Of a stretch of 64,000 nt of DNA, positions 20,517-29,599 are shown one piece after another; the stretch's first letter is position 1; each line of letters starts with the position of its first letter. A program made the position numbers and the translations under genes. The notes under the pieces are model-generated. The model was given only the letters and a program-made list of their open reading frames with translations, was not told the DNA's origin and did not search any database. Source of the stretch: a virus; IMG/VR virus record IMGVR_UViG_2565956892_000004, one strand, 5' to 3'.

Positions 20517-20912
20517 TTAATAAAAATAAGAAAGTGCATACCATAGCACACACGCTAGGGCTTCATTCTCGCTGTCAAACGGTCTAGTTACGCATTGTTC
20601 ACCGCCAAAACAGAAGAGTGCAGCAAATTTATGTTCGATGTCTCTGGCTGGCTTGTGCGTCTTTTTAGCGCTATAAGGGACAGCTGGAACAATAAGGGGG
20701 TCGATTTTAAGTTTTTCTAGTTCAAGCTTTGTAATTTCAATATCTTCAGAGTATCTAGGGGCCTCAAAACATCCGGTGTCATCACATCGAATAGGCTTTC
20801 CATCAAAAAGCATTGTGTCGTGTCCGAGGAGCGAATCAATATCCGTATCTGTATCCGCTCCCGCCTCGTAATCGTAACCGATGATGAGGGCTTTGTGTTC
20901 ATCTAGGGTCAT
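20517..20912 (-). CDS. Hypothetical protein (Cys-containing, 131 aa)
   Basis: ORF flanked on both sides by the palindromic element. No recognisable motif. Confidence 0.4.
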   Translation of the reverse strand: MTLDEHKALIIGYDYEAGADTDTDIDSLLGHDTMLFDGKPIRCDDTGCFEAPRYSEDIEITKLELEKLKIDPLIVPAVPYSAKKTHKPARDIEHKFAALFCFGGEQCVTRPFDSENEALACVLWYALSYFY

Positions 20913-21014
20913 TGGGAATCCTATTCTTAACCGCTATCAATTATTACTTAGTCAGTAACTAATGACTGAATATATTAATATAATGATGAGCGTAGGAACA
21001 CCCAAGTCACCCAA

Positions 21015-21347
21015 TTAAATTGCGGTTGAGTCATCTTCGACCAGTGCGGTTTTTAATCCAGTAGAACCGCTCGGCTTAGGCATGTACTGTTGCGCCATAT
21101 ATTCACCTGTTGGTGTAGCAATGTATGTGACATGTCTACGGCCACGGCGTTTTTCACTGCCTTTGGTGATGTACTTATGGTTTTTGATGAGCGACCGTAT
21201 GGAAAACTGCAATGCCTGTTTCGTCGGCTTGTAGCTTAGCTCATTGAGAAGTTGATCTAGGTCTAAGTGAGTGCCGTCGGTATTCTTTTTAAATACCAGC
21301 AAGAGAATTTCAACTTGCTTCGGCGTCAAATTAACTGTCATAAGCAA
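21015..21347 (-). CDS. Winged-helix DNA-binding protein (possible transcription regulator)
   Basis: 110 aa. TPKQVEILLLVFK...LDQLLNEL pattern typical of wHTH regulators. Located just upstream of the packaging genes. Confidence 0.4.
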   Translation of the reverse strand: MLMTVNLTPKQVEILLLVFKKNTDGTHLDLDQLLNELSYKPTKQALQFSIRSLIKNHKYITKGSEKRRGRRHVTYIATPTGEYMAQQYMPKPSGSTGLKTALVEDDSTAI

Positions 21348-22281
21348 TGTCCTTTTCGCTTATTGCGTTGAGATTTAACGGCTCGTTAGGTAACTGGTTT
21401 TCAAACGCCATCAAAGGCAGACGGATTGGAAGTTTTGGTTTGGTTCCCGCTTCTTTTGCCGCTTTAACGTCGGGGTTTACGTACACGCCGTATAACGGCG
21501 AAGCAAACACTAGCTGTTGCGTGTTTTTTAAGAGCTTTTCAATCGAGAGTGAGTCGACTCGCTTCGTTCCATTCATGCGGTTGTCTCCTGATTTCTCCAT
21601 CGAACTAAAGGAATAGTAAAACTTACGCATTTCGGCCACGCATTTTTCCCGAACTGGCGCGGGCATTTTTTCGATTTCCTGCATTACGCCAACAAAATCA
21701 GTCGGAATCGACTCGAACCAACGACGGAAAAATTGTAATCCGCGTTCATAATTGGTGGCTCGTTTTGGTGGGGCGAACTGAATGCCGGCTTTAGCGGCAA
21801 ATGGGTTGAATTTTGACATCGAGCTTTGAAACTCAATTAACAAACAACCACTCATACGCATCATTAAATTTTGCGCACGATAAGCAATCCCAGCGCCGCG
21901 ATACATGGTGTCTAAAACCAGTCGCGAGTTTGTGCAGGCGTTGTTATTTAACCATAGGGCGCGGTGTCGATTGATCAAACGTGAATCTTTACCGTTGGTA
22001 TTGGGGCGCAAATGTTCAAACAGTTCATTTCTGCCTGATAGCAGCATTTTTGGAACCGTCATAACGCCGACGCCGATAGTTTGGCCATGCAAAACAACAC
22101 GCCAATAACGCGGCCCGATGCCTAAAGTGTCCGCCTTGTAGTGGAGTTCATGCAGAAGCTCCCAATCCTCCTTTGTACCAGGCTCAATGTAGATTTCATT
22201 AAGCAGTGAAAGAAGGTGGTTAGTTGGAATCGGTTTTCGAACAATGAGGGCATCCTGATTGTCCATCAGAATTTCTTGCAT
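21331..22281 (-). CDS. Hypothetical protein, possible GNAT-like acetyltransferase domain
   Basis: 316 aa. Weak GNAT motif-A-like RGAGIAYRAQNLM. Low confidence. Confidence 0.3.
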   Translation of the reverse strand: MQEILMDNQDALIVRKPIPTNHLLSLLNEIYIEPGTKEDWELLHELHYKADTLGIGPRYWRVVLHGQTIGVGVMTVPKMLLSGRNELFEHLRPNTNGKDSRLINRHRALWLNNNACTNSRLVLDTMYRGAGIAYRAQNLMMRMSGCLLIEFQSSMSKFNPFAAKAGIQFAPPKRATNYERGLQFFRRWFESIPTDFVGVMQEIEKMPAPVREKCVAEMRKFYYSFSSMEKSGDNRMNGTKRVDSLSIEKLLKNTQQLVFASPLYGVYVNPDVKAAKEAGTKPKLPIRLPLMAFENQLPNEPLNLNAISEKDIAYDS

Positions 22282-22289
22282 ATTTCATC

Positions 22290-22326
22290 CCTGAAAAGAA
22301 AGTGGCCCGTCTGGGCCACCGTTTTT
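22290..22326. terminator. Bidirectional intrinsic terminator (GTGGCCC-GTCT-GGGCCAC, flanked by A-run and T-run)
   Basis: 7-bp GC stem with U-tracts on both strands, between the thioredoxin-like gene and the 316-aa gene. Confidence 0.55.
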
Positions 22327-22714
22327 AGAAGCCCCAGCTGTCCATTTGGGGAATGATGTTTGCTGGAGCGCCCATCAATCGCGACACTTCCTTGTCGGCT
22401 TCAAAAACAATCGTGACCGGCACCTGTCGAATACCCAATTCCATGAACTGGTCTTTGGTTTCATCTGACAGTTCCACCTGAATCACTTCAACGCCGCGCT
22501 TCTCTGCCTCTTCTAACAAGAGCGGCTTGTATCGTTTACACGGCCCGCCTGTTGGGCTTGTGAAAACTTTGATGTAGCGTTTAGGCGCTGTTGTTTCTGC
22601 AGCTTCGGCAGTGTCTTGAACTTGAATTTGTTCTTCAGTTGTCACAGCCGTTGCTGTTTTAGTTGTGCGTGGTGGCATCGATTTCTCCTTAAATCGTTGA
22701 TTTGTATTCATCAT
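22325..22714 (-). CDS. Thioredoxin-fold protein with a single-Cys GGPC motif
   Basis: FTSPTGGPCKRYKPLL aligns to thioredoxin WCGPCK region with the first Cys replaced. VPVTIVFEADKEV matches the Trx beta-strand. Confidence 0.5.
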   Translation of the reverse strand: MMNTNQRFKEKSMPPRTTKTATAVTTEEQIQVQDTAEAAETTAPKRYIKVFTSPTGGPCKRYKPLLLEEAEKRGVEVIQVELSDETKDQFMELGIRQVPVTIVFEADKEVSRLMGAPANIIPQMDSWGF

Positions 22715-23345
22715 TTCGGTGGATTACGACCTTTTCACGGTATTTTTTGACGATCGTGACATTCGGCGCTAGGTCTTCCACCATATCGTCGTGAGTAGTC
22801 GCCACTAAAACGGTGGCCCCGACTTTTCGAGCGATTTTCTGAAGGTTGTAAGCGATAACTTTTGCTGTAGTTCGGTCGAGAACAGCTAAAAATTCATCTG
22901 CAACCCATACTTTGGCTTTGGATTCAATGAGTTTGGCTAAGCAAAAACGGTATCTTTGACCGTCAGACAGCTCATTTGGTTTGCGGATAAACAAATAGGC
23001 GTCGTTTAACCCGGCAATTGATAGAAGATTTAATGCCTCGTTCAGATCCTTACCGATCTGGTCAATCAAAGGCTTATCTTCAAACTCAATAGCATTAATA
23101 TCTGACACAGAAAGGCCGTCAGCTGACATAGCTTTTGATAGTTCGCGTAAAATAGTGGACTTGCCACTACCTGATTGACCTGTAATGTAAACAATGTCGC
23201 CTTGATCAATTGGCAGATCCAAATTATCAAAGACAACAAAGGTTTTATCATCAAGGCCAAGACCAAACGCTTCAGCGACTTCCAGAACGCGTTCACTTCG
23301 ATTCACTTCCGTGTCAAATTTTTTGTCTATTCTGTATACGGTCAC
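22689..23345 (-). CDS. Soluble ABC-type ATPase
   Basis: Walker A GQSGSGKST. Signature LSDGQRYR. Walker B VWVADEF. D-loop LAVLD. H-loop ATTHD. No membrane domain. Confidence 0.65.
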   Translation of the reverse strand: MTVYRIDKKFDTEVNRSERVLEVAEAFGLGLDDKTFVVFDNLDLPIDQGDIVYITGQSGSGKSTILRELSKAMSADGLSVSDINAIEFEDKPLIDQIGKDLNEALNLLSIAGLNDAYLFIRKPNELSDGQRYRFCLAKLIESKAKVWVADEFLAVLDRTTAKVIAYNLQKIARKVGATVLVATTHDDMVEDLAPNVTIVKKYREKVVIHRNDEYKSTI

Positions 23346-24028
23346 TGTGCCACCTGATTTTTGATGTACTCAATGAATGCATCCGCCCCTTCTAGGCCTG
23401 TTTCGCCTTCTGCCACAGCCATAAACTGAGCGACAAATCGTTCATCCTTGCCTTTGATCTCTTTGAAGCCCAAAGCCTTATCGATCCGAACAGCTCGCGC
23501 GTCCGTTTCTTCGATCTTTTTGATGGTTTCTTCTGTTTGTTTGGCGATTTCACTGTCGAGATCCAAAACAATTGAATCCACATTCATTCCCGACAGGTCG
23601 GCAACTACGAAGTTGAGTTCCTTTTTGTCGAAAATGCCTTCCAAATCAAAGTTAAGGGTCTGAAGTTCTTTTTGGAGAAGGTCAGTGTCGATGTCACCAA
23701 TGGCAACGCGGTTGTCGGCCAAGCGTGCCGCGCGAACTTGATGTTCATCAAGGTCAGATCGAACTAGAACTGGAACAACTTTCAAGCCAAGAAGCAAAGC
23801 CGCCTCGCGACGACCATGCCCCTTGATAATTACGCCTTCCTTGTCCACGACAATAGGTTGATCCCAACCAAATTCTTTAATTGACTGAGCGATTCGTTCA
23901 ACTTGTGCTTTGTCGTGGATTTTTGCATTCAGTTCGTATGGCTTAACTTCATCAACATTCCATTGTTGAATAATTAATTCCATAGAGTGCTTATTCCTCT
24001 TCTTCGTCGGACTTGGTGTGAATGGCAA
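23342..24028 (-). CDS. ParB-like nuclease-domain protein
   Basis: ParB N-terminal-domain-like GHGRREAALLLG motif. 228 aa. ATGA overlap with the ABC ATPase gene. Confidence 0.55.
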   Translation of the reverse strand: MPFTPSPTKKRNKHSMELIIQQWNVDEVKPYELNAKIHDKAQVERIAQSIKEFGWDQPIVVDKEGVIIKGHGRREAALLLGLKVVPVLVRSDLDEHQVRAARLADNRVAIGDIDTDLLQKELQTLNFDLEGIFDKKELNFVVADLSGMNVDSIVLDLDSEIAKQTEETIKKIEETDARAVRIDKALGFKEIKGKDERFVAQFMAVAEGETGLEGADAFIEYIKNQVAQ

Positions 24029-24512
24029 TGCGCGTTTCGAGGATGTCTACGTAATCTGCCAGTACATCAAGTTGGTCTGCCATTTGGAACCACTCAACTT
24101 CAGTCACATCATCAGGCTTACCTTTCAACATAAAGGCGTGAAGTTTATCGCGACGCTCTACTTGTTGAGCTAATTCTTCATAAAGGCGATCCAAGAATGT
24201 TTTGCCGTCCTCTAAAGCTTGTTCATAGAGTTTTTGGCAAAGTAAGTAACCTTCTAACTTCCAAATTTGACGGCGGGCATTTTCAAAAGCCGCCTGTTCG
24301 CCTAATTCTTGGACGAAATTATCTGGATGCGCACACGCAGACTCACCAACGATTTCAAAGCCATTTTTTAGCGTCAAAACACAAATTGTTAGCTTGCCCC
24401 CTAATACATGAAAGGCTTTTTTAACAATCTTTTCGTCGATTTGCTCTGGTGATAGGCGCGGCGCGGTACGTTGCAACTCCTGCAAACGCTGTTCAATTTC
24501 TTGTTCGTTCAT
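23991..24512 (-). CDS. Hypothetical protein (173 aa, acidic C-terminus)
   Basis: ORF between two ParB-like genes. No motif recognised. Confidence 0.4.
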   Translation of the reverse strand: MNEQEIEQRLQELQRTAPRLSPEQIDEKIVKKAFHVLGGKLTICVLTLKNGFEIVGESACAHPDNFVQELGEQAAFENARRQIWKLEGYLLCQKLYEQALEDGKTFLDRLYEELAQQVERRDKLHAFMLKGKPDDVTEVEWFQMADQLDVLADYVDILETRIAIHTKSDEEEE

Positions 24513-24523
24513 TCTCAGTGTCC

Positions 24524-25204
24524 TTACTTGAGTACGATGTGGGCTAAAGCGTCCCCTGCGTTAATCATTGGGTCGTCATCGTCATATCCTTGTGACTTAA
24601 TAACGGCCTGAATGCGATCAACTACTTTGTCCACTTGCTCCACAGGGACTTTGAAACGCATGATTTGGTGTGTTTGAACCGCCTTTCCTGAAGGCAATTC
24701 AATGTCTTCTTCTGGCAAATTGAGATCAGCTAGAGCATCTAGGGCTATAGTTGAATTAGAGAAAATCGTGTCGATGTCAGAAGAAGTGAAAGGCATGAAC
24801 GTAGCGAGGTCTTCGGGAGTACCAATGTCCGCAAAGATTTCTGCCAATTTTAGTGCGTCGTCAGAACCGTACCGCCCGTTATCGAGCAGTCCAATTTCTT
24901 TTGCTTCAACGTCGCTGATTTTTCCAAGATTGAAAGCGGGCACCTTGTCCACTTTCATTTGTTTTGCGACTAGAGCGCGATGTTCCCCTCCGATAATTTG
25001 GAGAGTGCCATTGTCGAGTTGACGCACAACAATTGGCTTGAACATCCCACGACGCTCGATGGATGCCTTTAACTTAGCTTCATTTTCTGGCGACACGATG
25101 TTTGAGTTCCACGGGTTAGGCTGCAACTGTGCAGGGTCAACCCATATGAGTTCGTGTGTCATAATTACTAGAAGATCAGTCAGTACTGACTTATACTTTG
25201 CCAT
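24524..25204 (-). CDS. ParB-like nuclease-domain protein
   Basis: IIGGEHRALVAKQM ParB-box-like motif. 226 aa. Confidence 0.5.
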   Translation of the reverse strand: MAKYKSVLTDLLVIMTHELIWVDPAQLQPNPWNSNIVSPENEAKLKASIERRGMFKPIVVRQLDNGTLQIIGGEHRALVAKQMKVDKVPAFNLGKISDVEAKEIGLLDNGRYGSDDALKLAEIFADIGTPEDLATFMPFTSSDIDTIFSNSTIALDALADLNLPEEDIELPSGKAVQTHQIMRFKVPVEQVDKVVDRIQAVIKSQGYDDDDPMINAGDALAHIVLK

Positions 25205-25234
25205 AAATATAAGTCTTTTGCAAAAGGAATAAAT

Positions 25235-26950
25235 ATGTCAGAGGTAGTTACGATTGCCGCCGACGCGGTAAATGCCGTGCTGAGTCAGCCCAGCACAAAA
25301 GTAAAACTAATCGTTCAAAAGGCGCTTTCGTACCAAGTTGACGGCGCTGAAACAATGGCTGTTTTTAAACAGCATAAGTGGGATGGCCGTTCGTCCTTCT
25401 TTGTGTATAAAAATTGCTCCTTCCCTGCCGGCTTTCTTCATTTCGTCGCTGCCAATCTTCGCCGTGAGGGGTACAAGGTCAATATTGTTCGCAAGCCCTT
25501 CCCTGCCCCTTTAGGCCCTGAGCGCCCACAGGTAGACGCTTTTGGTTATGACTCTAAATATGATTACCAACCAGAGGTTATGGACAGGTTGGTAAAACAT
25601 GGCCAAATCATTGCTCAGATTGCTACAGGTGGCGGTAAGTCACGTATTGCCCGTCTTTGTTTCGCTCGTATTGCTCGCCCTACCCTCTTTCTCACCACGC
25701 GCTCAATCCTGATGTATCAAATGAAGGATGCGTTTGAGAAAGATATGGGCATTCCATGTTCTGTCTTTGGTGATGGGCAATTTGGCAACGTGAACGCTCA
25801 AGGTCAGACGACTATCAAAATGATGTCGGTTGGCACAGTACAGACATTCATGAGCAAGTTGGAAGTCACCACAATTCAGGAAGAGTTCAATGTTCTGTTC
25901 AATGCCGTGCAGGAGAAGTTCAAAAAAGAAATTGTGGCATTGAAGGGCAAGTTAGCGAAAGCCAAGAAAAGTACAGCTGAAATTACAGCTGCTACAAATG
26001 ATCTGATTTCTAAACAGCAGGCATGGTTGAAGGCCAACAATCAAGACATGGCCAATAAGGCCAAAGCCAAATTTGACGAAAAGAATATCGAGCGTCAAAA
26101 AACCATCAAGCTTCTTTCCATGTTCGAGTTCGTAATTTTGGAAGAGGCGCATGAAGCTTCAGGTAATTCTTACTACGAAATCTTGCGCTATTGTAAGAAT
26201 GCTCATTACCGCTTGGCATTAACCGGTACGCCGTTTATGCGTGAGAGCGAAGAGTCGAACATGCGTCTAATGGCATGCTCTGGCCCGATCGCAATCAAAG
26301 TCACTGAGGAAATGCTAATTCAGCGCGGTGTACTTGCTAAGCCTTACTTCAAATATATTGAGCTTCGCAAAAAGCCAGATCACCTTCTCCGCACTACTGG
26401 TTGGCAATCGGCATATAGATTGGGTGTCACAGAAAATGAAGAACGCAATTTAGCTATTGTGAGTGAGATTATTCGAGCCAAAGCTTACGGTTTGACGTCG
26501 ATGATTCTTGTGCAACATACATCGCATGGCGAGCATTTAAACGAGCTTTTAACGCAATATGGTTTACGTGCTGAGTTCATTAAGGGTGAAAACAATCAAG
26601 CTGAGCGCAAACTAGCGTTGAACAAGCTTGCCAGTGGTTCGGTTGATGCGCTAATTGGTACAACCATTTTGGATGTGGGAGTAGACGTTCCAGCTGTGGG
26701 TATGATTATTCTTGCGGGCGGCGGTAAGGCTGAAATTGCATTGCGTCAACGTATTGGTCGCGGTTTGCGTGCGAAGAAGATTGGTCCAAATGTGGCGTTC
26801 ATTGTCGACTTTACAGACCATTGGAATACACATACCAAAAAACATGCTACGCAGCGACGCGAGATTGTTTTGCATACTAAAGGTTTCGGAGAGAACATTG
26901 TTAATGATTTCAATTTTGAACAATTAGGCTTCACCAGATTGTCTGCATAA
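25235..26950 (+). CDS. Superfamily-2 DNA helicase (DEAD/DEAH-like, ResIII-type)
   Basis: Walker A ATGGGKS. DEAH-like VILEEAHE. LTGTP motif. C-terminal helicase motif VI QRIGRGLR. One of few plus-strand genes. Confidence 0.75.
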   Translation: MSEVVTIAADAVNAVLSQPSTKVKLIVQKALSYQVDGAETMAVFKQHKWDGRSSFFVYKNCSFPAGFLHFVAANLRREGYKVNIVRKPFPAPLGPERPQVDAFGYDSKYDYQPEVMDRLVKHGQIIAQIATGGGKSRIARLCFARIARPTLFLTTRSILMYQMKDAFEKDMGIPCSVFGDGQFGNVNAQGQTTIKMMSVGTVQTFMSKLEVTTIQEEFNVLFNAVQEKFKKEIVALKGKLAKAKKSTAEITAATNDLISKQQAWLKANNQDMANKAKAKFDEKNIERQKTIKLLSMFEFVILEEAHEASGNSYYEILRYCKNAHYRLALTGTPFMRESEESNMRLMACSGPIAIKVTEEMLIQRGVLAKPYFKYIELRKKPDHLLRTTGWQSAYRLGVTENEERNLAIVSEIIRAKAYGLTSMILVQHTSHGEHLNELLTQYGLRAEFIKGENNQAERKLALNKLASGSVDALIGTTILDVGVDVPAVGMIILAGGGKAEIALRQRIGRGLRAKKIGPNVAFIVDFTDHWNTHTKKHATQRREIVLHTKGFGENIVNDFNFEQLGFTRLSA

Positions 26951-26956
26951 GAAAGG

Positions 26957-26986
26957 TTGCCACTTTAATGAGTGGCAATTCTTTTT
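26957..26986 (+). terminator. Intrinsic terminator after helicase (TTGCCACT-loop-AGTGGCAA + TTCTTTTT)
   Basis: 8-bp stem and T-tract 7 nt after the helicase stop. Confidence 0.65.
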
Positions 26987-27042
26987 GTGACAAAGGTTTA
27001 TGTATATAATTACTTGCGACAAGACAGTTTTTAGAGAAAGTT

Positions 27043-27321
27043 ATGCCATCGTTTGATTCAAAGAAGTTCTATGACGAAAAGGGTTTGGTACGTAAGCCAT
27101 TCACTGTGACGCAAGAAGCCTCAGAGATTATTGCTCGTTTCGCTGAGAAGTACCCTACCCTTACGCAAGGCGATATTGTCTCGGTTTTGGCAGGTTTTCT
27201 TGAAGATGATCGCATGAGCTATGTAGTTGAAGAGGCTTGTGCTAAATTCGCTGAAGCCAAACCACCAAAAATTCATGCGAGAGCTGGTGGGCGGCCAAAA
27301 AAGAAAACAGAAGATTCTTAA
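27043..27321 (+). CDS. Hypothetical protein (92 aa, C-terminal GGRPKKK basic tail)
   Basis: Plus-strand ORF after the helicase terminator. AT-hook-like GRP motif. Confidence 0.4.
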   Translation: MPSFDSKKFYDEKGLVRKPFTVTQEASEIIARFAEKYPTLTQGDIVSVLAGFLEDDRMSYVVEEACAKFAEAKPPKIHARAGGRPKKKTEDS

Positions 27322-27557
27322 TACTTTATAAGGTAAAAAATATGATGGTGTGGACTCCTACAATTGAAGCGCGTAAAAATTCTGAATAACGATATTGAGT
27401 ATGCGGGAATCAGGCTTTCCGACAAGGATGTGGAAGTATAAGGACTCATTCTCCGGCAGCCAGTCCTGAAAATATAAGGACGTTATAGGAGGTCGGAGAT
27501 TTAGGAAGGCTATGCATCCGGGGTTGAGCGAAATCTCTAGGACTTCGCTACTCTCTG

Positions 27558-27755
27558 TCAATTTAAAACTATGCGCTTGTTTGTATGTTCGATATATGTG
27601 CATAAGAGCGCGAGACACACATAAAATATAAACGTCATAGCAAAATACAGCTTTGCAAAACTCAATGACACTTCACCGCTAACTGTATAAAACACCATTA
27701 CAGCAAGCATGATTAAAACGAACACATTTATGATAATAATTATTAATGTTTTCAT
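27558..27755 (-). CDS. Small membrane protein (65 aa, two predicted TM helices)
   Basis: Strongly hydrophobic. AAGGTG SD 8 nt upstream. Palindromic element about 35 nt upstream. Confidence 0.5.
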   Translation of the reverse strand: MKTLIIIIINVFVLIMLAVMVFYTVSGEVSLSFAKLYFAMTFIFYVCLALLCTYIEHTNKRIVLN

Positions 27756-27814
27756 AGCATCGCACCTTACAAGCTACTGACCGCTTATGCAGTCAGTAGT
27801 GACTGACTTTTAAA

Positions 27815-28516
27815 TTAGCGTTTTTTCTCGATAGTGAATGTTTTAAACATTTCGACTATTAACGCGGTCACGTCTTCACTTGTAAAGCTGACCATACCGT
27901 GTTTTTCACCTTTCACAAGGTCGCATATATTGAACATTTGTAACATTGCTTTAGTTGAACATGTTTGAGTCGGTGCGGTATTCATGCCCGTACTATGATA
28001 CTGTCTAACGCGTTTAACGTTCTCTAACCCGTCTTTGTTCTCTATAGCAGCACACAAGCAACGTTCAAGCTCAAAATGACGTAATTGTTTAAACTCGATT
28101 AAATTACGCAAAATAGAACGTGTGTACGGGTCAATCTTCATGCAGTTGTTTTGTGCAATTGCTTGCATGAGCTTGCGACACTTAACAATTGCTTTGCTTG
28201 CTAAATAACCGTCTTTACCTTTTATATCTTCACTGTAATTACCGATAATGTCAGCGAATGCTTTTAGCTCGATACCTTTAATTAAACATTGCTCTATAGT
28301 TGCTAAACCTGCATCAGTAGAGAAAAAGTTAATTTCACTTACTATGTCGCGTGATAACGGTTGATGCACCTTGCGTATCTCAAGGTTCGCAAGAATAGTC
28401 TTTTGTATGTTCTTAGCGCGTGCTTTGAAGTTTGTTTTAACTTCTTTTTTAGCAGTAGCAGCGTTTTCTATAGTTGTTTCAGCAGCTAAAAGATCAAGGT
28501 TTGCTTTAGTATTCAT
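27815..28516 (-). CDS. Hypothetical early protein (about 233 aa)
   Basis: Start moved to the internal ATG at 28514-28516 (MNTKANLDLL). The 23-bp palindromic operator lies just upstream. Confidence 0.45.
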   Translation of the reverse strand: MNTKANLDLLAAETTIENAATAKKEVKTNFKARAKNIQKTILANLEIRKVHQPLSRDIVSEINFFSTDAGLATIEQCLIKGIELKAFADIIGNYSEDIKGKDGYLASKAIVKCRKLMQAIAQNNCMKIDPYTRSILRNLIEFKQLRHFELERCLCAAIENKDGLENVKRVRQYHSTGMNTAPTQTCSTKAMLQMFNICDLVKGEKHGMVSFTSEDVTALIVEMFKTFTIEKKR

Positions 28517-28605
28517 AGTAAAAATCTCACATCGGTTAAGTTGTTTTAGATACCGTCTAACTTTTTCGAGTAAGTTGTTTCGGTATGAGTACATATTAGC
28601 ACAAA

Positions 28606-28628
28606 ATTGACTTGTTACAAGTCAATTA
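28606..28628. promoter_or_regulatory. Palindromic operator AATTGACTTG-TTA-CAAGTCAATT upstream of the 27815..28516 gene
   Basis: Perfect 10-bp inverted arms with a 3-nt spacer. Second near-identical copy at 29165-29187. Confidence 0.5.
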
Positions 28629-28750
28629 TTAAAAATAATTTGTTTATTTGTTTAAATTTTGATCAAACAAATAAACATGCTTTAAAATGCAATAAAACGC
28701 CCTTTTTAGAGCGTTTTATTCAAAATGGTATGATCTATCGACTATAGTGC

Positions 28751-29077
28751 TTAAATCACTGTTAAGCGTATGTTATGCACGTTTAACGCAATGCTACGGT
28801 ACTGCATAAAGTTAAGCATGTATCTATTAATAAAATCATTCATAAATGCGCTTTTAGATACCTTTAAAACTTTTTTGTGCTTAGTGATAGCTGTTAAGTA
28901 TTCAATGCGCTTGTTTTGTCTCTCTATGCACTTATCAGCGTGAACTATTGCGCGTTGCTGTATTAAATGCATGTATGCGCGTTTACCTTCTAATACACTA
29001 TTAAGCAATTCACTATCATTGTTTAATTCATTAGCAAGTTTAGCTATAGCATTTTTACGCATAATTTGAGTTGTCAT
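28751..29077 (-). CDS. Hypothetical early protein (108 aa)
   Basis: ORF preceded by the second copy of the AATTGACTTGT-N-ACAAGTCAATT operator. Confidence 0.45.
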   Translation of the reverse strand: MTTQIMRKNAIAKLANELNNDSELLNSVLEGKRAYMHLIQQRAIVHADKCIERQNKRIEYLTAITKHKKVLKVSKSAFMNDFINRYMLNFMQYRSIALNVHNIRLTVI

Positions 29078-29164
29078 GATAAAACCTTCTATTTAGTTAA
29101 GTTGTGTTTGTCGGTTTGTTTCGAGCTAACCGACTGAGTGAATAATTGCACCTAAATTGACTTG

Positions 29165-29187
29165 TTGCAAGTTAATTTTGAACGCAA
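29165..29187. promoter_or_regulatory. Second copy of the AATTGACTTG-N3-CAAGT(C/T)AATT operator, upstream of the 108-aa gene
   Basis: One arm mismatch. Same position relative to a minus-strand gene start. Confidence 0.5.
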
Positions 29188-29232
29188 AATAATCACTCGT
29201 TAAAAATAAAAACGAAATTAGAGTCAAAATCA

Positions 29233-29496
29233 ATGAAAACCTTATGGCACAAGGGTTGGCGCGATTTTTGGGTGATCACGTCCGAGGCAATTCCTATCAA
29301 AAATTGGATTGCCGTGTGGCTCTTCCACGGCGGCACTGAGGCGAGTGGCAGCTCCTTATGCGAGCGTGCGGGGGTTTTAGGAAAATTCTATAGTTCAGCC
29401 GAGGCAACGCCGTTTTTCACTCTTGGATGGGGCGTGGATCTGCTTTGGATTGTCCTAGGCATGTTGCGTACGATAATAAAAAACCGCTCAAGTTAG
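29233..29496 (+). CDS. Hypothetical Trp-rich hydrophobic protein (87 aa); possible moron in a GC-richer island
   Basis: Plus-strand ORF divergent from the 108-aa gene. Local GC content visibly higher than the flanks. Weak RBS. Confidence 0.3.
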   Translation: MKTLWHKGWRDFWVITSEAIPIKNWIAVWLFHGGTEASGSSLCERAGVLGKFYSSAEATPFFTLGWGVDLLWIVLGMLRTIIKNRSS

Positions 29497-29599
29497 AGCG
29501 GTGCAGTCATGTCCATGTTGAGTGAGCATCAGCGCTGTTCTACACAGCATGAAGGCGGTCAATTAAGCTCAACCGCGTTCACTTAATCAATGTGTCAGC

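Noticed and set aside
27358-27618. 86-aa minus-strand ORF
   Set aside because: Overlaps the structured non-coding segment. No SD. It is out of phase with the well-supported small membrane-protein gene that begins at 27755.
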